A stretch of 54,050 bases of DNA from an uncultured Rickettsiaceae bacterium (GTDB lineage Bacteria; Pseudomonadota; Alphaproteobacteria; Rickettsiales; UBA6187): assembly GCA_964580525.1 (NCBI GenBank), contig CAZOKN010000008.1:1-54050 (forward strand). The letters are read 5' to 3'. Below the pieces are notes generated by a model, which ran no database searches, was not told where the DNA came from, and was given only the letters and a program-made list of their open reading frames with translations. The position numbers and the translations under genes are program-made. Positions 48,172-54,050 of the stretch are shown piece by piece (within the stretch, counting starts at the first letter, position 1; the number at the start of each line of letters is the position of its first letter).

Positions 48172-51100
48172 CTATTTCTTACTTTTTCTATTTAAAGCTA
48201 TTGTCTGCACCCAGATATAGAATAATGGAACAAACAATATAGCAAGCAATGTTGCCGCCAACATCCCGCCCATAACACCAATTCCTATAGCATGCTGACT
48301 TGCCGAACCCGCACCTCTTGCAAGAGCAAGTGGCAATACCCCAAGAATAAATGCCATTGAGGTCATTATAATTGGCCGGAAGCGCAGTTTTGCTGCTTTC
48401 ATAGTTGCTTCTTTCAAGTCATGACCCTGTTCATAAAGGTTTTTCGCGAACTCTACAATTAATATAGCATTTTTAGCGGTAAGTCCCATTGTTGTTAATA
48501 ATGCTACCTGGAAATAAACGTCATTACCTAGTTTAAAAATATTAGCGGCCATTACAGTACCTATAATACCCAAAGGTACAACAAGCATAACTGAAAATGG
48601 CACTGACCAACTTTCATAAAGAGCTGCAAGGCAAAGGAATATTATAATTGCAGATAAGGCATAAAGCGCTGGCGCTTGAGCACCTGAAAGTTTTTCTTCA
48701 TAAGAAAGTCCTGTCCATTCATAACCAATACCGCTAGGTAGGCTAGCAGCCATTTTTTCCATTTCATGAATTGCCTCTCCCGTACTTATACCAGGCGCAG
48801 CAGAACCCTGAATATTAACGGAACTACTGCCGTTAAATCTTTCAAGTTTTGGCGAACCGTATGTCCAACGTGCAGAAGAAAAATTATCAAAAGATACCAT
48901 CTGCCCTTTATTATTACGCACATACCACTGGCTAACATCTTCTGGCATCATTCTATATGGAGCATCTGCCTGTATATAAACTTTTTTAATACGACCTTTA
49001 TCAATAAAATCGTTAACATAAGCAGAGCCCCATGCAGTTTGCAGAGTTTGGTTTATATTAGCTATAGAGATACCAAGAGCAGTTGCTTTTTCGTTATCAA
49101 TATCAATTTTATATTCTGACACGTCACTAAGACCATTAGGTCGTACTGCCTGCAATTTTGGATTCTTCGCTGCCATACCCAACATTTGGTTTCTTGCATT
49201 CATGAGTGCTTCGTGGCCGAGCCCTCCACGATCAAGAAGCTGAAAATCAAATCCGGAAGAATTACCAAGTTCCCTTATTGGCGGCGGATAAAAAGCAAAC
49301 GCTGTAACATCCTTAATTTTCTGAAAAGCACCCATAGAACGCCTTGCGAGAGAAAATACTGTTTGCTCTGCTTTTTCTCTATCCTTCCAATCTTTTAGTC
49401 CCACGAAGCCAAGAGCCATATTTTGAGCACTACCCGCAAAACTAAATCCTGTTACTGTAAATAGATGGTCGATTGTATCATTCTCATTTGCAAGGAAGTA
49501 ATCCTCTATCTGCTTCACACTTTCAAGAGTACGCTCTGAAGTTGAACCTGGAGGAGCAGAGGCCATTAAATACATAACACCCTGATCTTCATCAGGTAGG
49601 AAAGAGCCTGGTAAAATCGAAAATAAAAACATCAATCCCCCCACAAGACCACCATAAACAACAAGGAATCTAGATGTTCTTCTGCTGATATAGCCAGAAG
49701 TTTTTACGTAATTATTACGACCATTATTAAATTTACGATTAAACCAACCAAAGAATCCTGTTCGTTGTTCACCATGCCCTTTTTCTACTGGCTTTAATAA
49801 TGTAGCGCAAAGTGATGGCGAAAGTATTAGTGCTACTAAAACAGAAAGCCCCATTGCAGACACAATGGTCAAAGAAAATTGGCGATAAATTGCACCGGCA
49901 GAACCTTTAAAAAATGCCATTGGTATAAATACCGCAGAAAGCACAAGCGCAATACCTATCAATGCACCAGTAATCTGATCCATAGATTTGCGGGTTGCTT
50001 CTTTAGGAGGGAGTCCTTCTTCGCTCATAATTCTTTCTACGTTCTCTACAACAACAATCGCGTCGTCAACTAACAAACCAATCGCTAATACCATCGCAAA
50101 CATTGTAAGAACGTTTATGGTAAAACCAAAAGCAGCAAGCACTGCAAAAGTTCCCAGCAAAACTACAGGGACAGCAATTGTAGGAATTAACGTTGCTCGG
50201 AAATTTTGCAAGAATAAGTACATAACCAAGAATACGAGAAATATCGCTTCTATCAAAGTTTCAACAACTCCTTTAATAGAAAGTCTAACGAAAGGCGTGC
50301 TATCGTATGGATAAATAATTTTAACTTTTTCTGGCAAGAATTTAGATAATTCAGCTATTTTTGCTTTAACATCATCAGCAGTTTGTAATGCATTTGCACC
50401 CGTTGCAAGGCTGACCGCTATACCAGCAGCTGGCTGCCTCTTATAACGCACAAGCCTTGTATAAGTCTGAGCACCAAGTTCAACACGTGCTACATCACTC
50501 AACCGCACTTGCGATCCATCTGTATTAACACGCAGTATAATTTTATTAAAATCATCAACTGTTTGCAGACGCGATTGAGCTGTTATAGTAGCATTAATCT
50601 GTTGGCCAGGAACCGCAGGAAGACCACCAATTTGTCCGGCAGAAACGTCTATATTTTGATCGCGAATTGCCGCACTAACATCCATAACCGTCATATTATA
50701 ACTAAGCAATTTATGGGGATTTAGCCATATCCGCATAGAATGTGGATCACCAAATACAGTAACGTTACCCACTCCGTTAATGCGGGAAATTGAATCTTGT
50801 ATTTTGGAAGAAAGCATATCACCCAATTCTTGCTGGCTTATACTTCCATCTTCTGAATAAAAACCCGCAACTAAAAGGAAGCTACCATTTGATTTAGTAA
50901 CTGTTACACCCTGACTTTGAACTTCTTGAGGCAAAAGAGAAATAGCAGACTGTACTTTATTCTGAACCTGAACTTGGGCTATATCTGGATCAGTTCCATT
51001 TTCAAATGTAACGGTAATTGATGCATTTCCAGCAGAGTCCGTACTAGAACTAAAATATCGTAAATTATCAATACCAGACAATTTTTGTTCAATTACCTGA

Positions 51101-51285
51101 GTAACACTATTTTCAAGAGTTACTGACGAAGCACCAGGATAGCTGGCCCTTATTGAAACTGAAGGAGGTGCAATATTAGGATATTGCTCAATTGGCAAGT
51201 TCGTAATAGAAAGAATTCCGGCAATCATTATAATGATTGCAATCACCCAAGCAAAAACAGGACGATCAATAAAAAATCTAGACAT
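48172..51285 (-). CDS. RND multidrug efflux permease (AcrB/MexB family)
   Basis: [17 protein letters not shown]..., 12 TM helices, 1037 aa, and [13 protein letters not shown] motif. Confidence 0.95.
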   Translation of the reverse strand: MSRFFIDRPVFAWVIAIIIMIAGILSITNLPIEQYPNIAPPSVSIRASYPGASSVTLENSVTQVIEQKLSGIDNLRYFSSSTDSAGNASITVTFENGTDPDIAQVQVQNKVQSAISLLPQEVQSQGVTVTKSNGSFLLVAGFYSEDGSISQQELGDMLSSKIQDSISRINGVGNVTVFGDPHSMRIWLNPHKLLSYNMTVMDVSAAIRDQNIDVSAGQIGGLPAVPGQQINATITAQSRLQTVDDFNKIILRVNTDGSQVRLSDVARVELGAQTYTRLVRYKRQPAAGIAVSLATGANALQTADDVKAKIAELSKFLPEKVKIIYPYDSTPFVRLSIKGVVETLIEAIFLVFLVMYLFLQNFRATLIPTIAVPVVLLGTFAVLAAFGFTINVLTMFAMVLAIGLLVDDAIVVVENVERIMSEEGLPPKEATRKSMDQITGALIGIALVLSAVFIPMAFFKGSAGAIYRQFSLTIVSAMGLSVLVALILSPSLCATLLKPVEKGHGEQRTGFFGWFNRKFNNGRNNYVKTSGYISRRTSRFLVVYGGLVGGLMFLFSILPGSFLPDEDQGVMYLMASAPPGSTSERTLESVKQIEDYFLANENDTIDHLFTVTGFSFAGSAQNMALGFVGLKDWKDREKAEQTVFSLARRSMGAFQKIKDVTAFAFYPPPIRELGNSSGFDFQLLDRGGLGHEALMNARNQMLGMAAKNPKLQAVRPNGLSDVSEYKIDIDNEKATALGISIANINQTLQTAWGSAYVNDFIDKGRIKKVYIQADAPYRMMPEDVSQWYVRNNKGQMVSFDNFSSARWTYGSPKLERFNGSSSVNIQGSAAPGISTGEAIHEMEKMAASLPSGIGYEWTGLSYEEKLSGAQAPALYALSAIIIFLCLAALYESWSVPFSVMLVVPLGIIGTVMAANIFKLGNDVYFQVALLTTMGLTAKNAILIVEFAKNLYEQGHDLKEATMKAAKLRFRPIIMTSMAFILGVLPLALARGAGSASQHAIGIGVMGGMLAATLLAILFVPLFYIWVQTIALNRKSKK

Positions 51286-51287
51286 AC

Positions 51288-52472
51288 CTATTTACCATCT
51301 GCGTTTGGAGCAGCTTCTGGAGCTACAGGAATATTTTCAGATTCAATTTTTGGTGAAACTTTCATACCTGGCTTCAAGCTTATAATAGCACCTGTAATTA
51401 CAATATCACCAGAATTTAATCCACTTTTTACGACCCACTGACCATCCAAAATTGATTTTTCCACTTCAACCACTCTAGGATTAATTACATTTTCTTTATC
51501 TGCAACCCACACAGCCAACGTTCCATCAGGATTTCGAACGGAAGCTTTTTGCGGTATCAGTATCGCATCAGGATATTCCATTTGCAAACGCGCCCTAACA
51601 AAAAGGCCAGGCAACAACAAACCATCAGGATTTGGGAATAAGGCACGCAATTGTACAGAGCCAGTTGTTTGATCAACAGTCACTTCGTGGAACTGCAATT
51701 TTCCTTCATATTTATATTCTGACTCTCCATCCAAAATTAATTTTACAGGAATGTTTTCCCCACCTTCCATTTTATGGCGCAGACGCATTAAGTCAGCACT
51801 AGATTGAGTCATATCAACATACATAGGATCCAGTTGCGTAATTGTAGCCAAAGCCTGAGTCTGGCTAGCTGTTACAAGCGCGCCTTTAGTAACAGAAGAT
51901 TTACCAATTCTACCAGATATTGGTGCATAAACTTTCGTATAATTCAGATTAATTTTAGCACTGGCCACAGACGCTTCAGCAATAGCAACTTCAGCCTGAG
52001 CTTGAGCTAAATTTGCCTGAGTATCATCATATTCTTGCTTGCTTATAGCATTAATTTTAACCAGGTCTTTATATCTTTCATTCTTTGTAAAAACTGATTT
52101 TACATTTGCTTGCGCCTTACCTAAATCAGCCAAAGCACTGTCTAAAGTGGCTTTATACAAATCAGGATTAATTTGATATAGTTGCTGACCTTCTTGAACC
52201 GCACTACCTTCCTCAAAAAGCCTCTCAGTTACAATGCCGCTAACTTGAGGACGAATTTCAGCCGATTTATAAGCAGTTGTCCTGCCTGGCAATTCTTCGT
52301 ATATCATCGCCGATGCAGATTTTATAACAATAGCAGGAACTTCCAATGGAGGTTGCTCTGCCATCAAGTTAGCAGGAACAGGAGCGCCACCCTTCTTATT
52401 AAGCGCTATGTATACAGCAGAAGCCACCATAAGAATGGCAATTACAACGATAACTAAAATATTCTTTTTCAT
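51288..52472 (-). CDS. RND efflux periplasmic adaptor (AcrA/MexA family)
   Basis: Membrane anchor, then biotinyl-lipoyl, hairpin and beta-barrel segments (RPQVSGIV..., [13 protein letters not shown]). Its stop is 2 nt before the permease start. Confidence 0.9.
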   Translation of the reverse strand: MKKNILVIVVIAILMVASAVYIALNKKGGAPVPANLMAEQPPLEVPAIVIKSASAMIYEELPGRTTAYKSAEIRPQVSGIVTERLFEEGSAVQEGQQLYQINPDLYKATLDSALADLGKAQANVKSVFTKNERYKDLVKINAISKQEYDDTQANLAQAQAEVAIAEASVASAKINLNYTKVYAPISGRIGKSSVTKGALVTASQTQALATITQLDPMYVDMTQSSADLMRLRHKMEGGENIPVKLILDGESEYKYEGKLQFHEVTVDQTTGSVQLRALFPNPDGLLLPGLFVRARLQMEYPDAILIPQKASVRNPDGTLAVWVADKENVINPRVVEVEKSILDGQWVVKSGLNSGDIVITGAIISLKPGMKVSPKIESENIPVAPEAAPNADGK

Positions 52473-52528
52473 CAGATGCTTCTTATTTTTATTTTATTTC
52501 TTTACAAAAAGATACGTGGACTATACCA

Positions 52529-52548
52529 TATACATACATGTATGTATA
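52529..52548. promoter_or_regulatory. 20-bp perfect palindrome, probable TetR operator in the divergent efflux/tetR promoter region
   Basis: tatacataca|tgtatgtata at 52529-52548 is exactly self-complementary. It lies between the adaptor gene start (52472) and the TetR start (52578). Confidence 0.55.
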
Positions 52549-52577
52549 GTAATATATTACCTTATGGAGATTAATTT

Positions 52578-53204
52578 TTGGCTCGAAAAACAAAAGAAGA
52601 TGCTAACGAAACCAGAGAATCTATCCTTAATGCATCCATAGAGGTTTTCTTTAAAAAAGGCTTTGCCAATTCCAGCCTAGAAGAAATTGCCGAAGGAGCC
52701 GGAGTAACCCGAGGTGCTGTATATTGGCATTTCAAAAATAAACTGGATATTTTCCAAGCATTACACGATCAGCTTTATAAGCCATTTTCTGAAATGATTC
52801 TACAAGGATTTGAAAAAAATAAAGATTGTCCTCTAAAAGAACTTAAAGAGATATGTACAAAATTACTATCCGACTTAGAAACTGATAAAAGAAAAAATCG
52901 TATTTTGACTATATTCTTCTTAAAATGTGATTATTCAGGAGAAATGGCAGAGGTTCTTGAGTCTCAAAATCAAAGAAAAATCGAAAGCATTAAATTATTT
53001 TCAGAATATTTTGAAAGAGCAAAGAAAAAAGATCATATACCAGCACACGCCGATTCACAACTTCTAACACTATCGCTTATTTGCTATATAACCGGAATAG
53101 CCTACGAATATCTACGTAATCCCAAAATAATTAGCTTAAAAAACAAAGCTTCTTCACTTATGGAATCTTTCTTCTTTGGAATTGTCGACAAAAAATGTAA
53201 ATAA
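52578..53204 (+). CDS. TetR/AcrR family transcriptional repressor
   Basis: MARKTKEDANETRESILNASIEVFFKKGF..SSLEEIAEGAGVTRGAVYWHFKNK parallels the AcrR N-terminus. TTG start, with GGAGA 7 nt upstream. Confidence 0.9.
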   Translation: MARKTKEDANETRESILNASIEVFFKKGFANSSLEEIAEGAGVTRGAVYWHFKNKLDIFQALHDQLYKPFSEMILQGFEKNKDCPLKELKEICTKLLSDLETDKRKNRILTIFFLKCDYSGEMAEVLESQNQRKIESIKLFSEYFERAKKKDHIPAHADSQLLTLSLICYITGIAYEYLRNPKIISLKNKASSLMESFFFGIVDKKCK

Positions 53205-53239
53205 TTGTGATGTGAATATTTGTAGAAAAATATTAAGAA

Positions 53240-53632
53240 TTAAACGCCCTTAATATCAAGTAAAACTCCTAGGAATTCATCTTTCTTCTCAGCAACACCA
53301 AGACCTGCCCTGAAAGCACTTGCTGATAATATAGCCTGTTTTGTATCTTCGAATATATTATGAACTTTGCCATCAGATTTTGTTGAATCAGAAGAGATAC
53401 CTTTTTGAGAATAAGTAATAAAACTTTGTTGAGAATCTCCACCATCTTTACAATCAGAACATTCCACAACATCCAAGGCATAAGTAACTGATTTTTTATC
53501 ATCAGACCTTACGTTCTCGTAAGAAACCAAATCCTTAGAGTTTTTAGCATCTTTATACGAACTACCAAACACCGACTCTTTCCTTGAGATCGCTGGGTTT
53601 ACGTATGTAGTTTGTCCAATATCAACTAACAT
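53240..53632 (-). CDS. hypothetical protein
   Basis: 130-aa Ser/Asp/Lys-rich ORF with no signal peptide and no recognisable motif. Confidence 0.35.
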   Translation of the reverse strand: MLVDIGQTTYVNPAISRKESVFGSSYKDAKNSKDLVSYENVRSDDKKSVTYALDVVECSDCKDGGDSQQSFITYSQKGISSDSTKSDGKVHNIFEDTKQAILSASAFRAGLGVAEKKDEFLGVLLDIKGV

Positions 53633-53807
53633 AAAATGCCTAAATAGTTACTTATACCGTAATACTAGCAACTACTAATTGATAAATGGTTAACGAAATG
53701 CAGAAATATGTTTAATTTAAGGACAATTTTATTAACAGCTCGTTAAGGAATGGGGAAATCAACCAAATTTCTCCCTTTTCATCTTAATTACTCTGCATAA
53801 ATTAGCT

Positions 53808-54050
53808 TTAAGCGACCTTCTTCTGCTTACTAACCTCGATAATAAGCTCGGAAACACCGGCAGAAACCAGAATATTATCGCCATTTTTAACGCTACCTTC
53901 GAGCACCATACGCGCTAATTTATTCTGCAATTCTTGCTGAATAACACGCTTTAGCGGTCTTGCACCATAAACCGGGTCATAACCTTTATCAGCCAACCAT
54001 TCTTTGGCTTTTTTATCCAGTTCAATAACAATTCCGCGCTCTACTAGCAT
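53808..54050 (-). CDS. clpB: ATP-dependent chaperone ClpB, C-terminal fragment (5' part lies outside the window)
   Basis: DPVYGARPLKRVIQQELQNKLARMVLEG is the conserved ClpB/Hsp104 C-terminal D2-small-domain sequence. The reading frame is open to the window edge. Confidence 0.9.
   Translation of the reverse strand: MLVERGIVIELDKKAKEWLADKGYDPVYGARPLKRVIQQELQNKLARMVLEGSVKNGDNILVSAGVSELIIEVSKQKKVA

Overview
This is a 54-kb chromosomal segment from a low-GC Gram-negative bacterium. Hand-counted 60-nt lines mostly give about 25-40% G+C. It is most likely an alphaproteobacterium of the endosymbiont-like (Rickettsiales/Holosporales-type) kind, judged from PhaR plus phasin, CarD, a PAS_5 protein, lgt-midA-pgeF and tatC-serS synteny, and ubiK-proC. 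That assignment is inference only. Coding density is high and most genes are housekeeping: metG (partial), holB, zapE, carD, a pabBC/folBKP folate block plus ispH, a PHB cluster (phaB, phaA, phaC, phaR, phasin), lptAB, groESL, tatC, serS, uvrB, grxC, rpmJ, lgt, proC, hupB, an RND efflux operon with a divergent TetR regulator, and clpB (partial). I found no tRNA, rRNA, CRISPR array, transposase or integrase. Two real genes are missing from the ORF track: metG (1-1364, runs off the window) and rpmJ (34495-34611, 38 aa). Four regions look non-core. (1) At 35.9-41.0 kb there is a cellulose-synthase-like processive glycosyltransferase with a large insertion, a prepilin peptidase, and two tandem, unusually large, Cys-rich GspG-like pseudopilin paralogs, with no pilus or T2SS machinery in the window. 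(2) At 27.2-28.6 kb there is a compositionally atypical, partly about 50% GC orphan gene of 435 aa. (3) At 13.81-13.95 kb there is a free-standing promoter-hairpin-terminator unit that looks like an sRNA or leader carrying an anti-Shine-Dalgarno sequence. (4) The PHB operon contains a small PhaE-like ORF overlapping phaC, plus an embedded ATPase/methyltransferase pair. All functional calls come from motif recognition by eye. No database search was possible.
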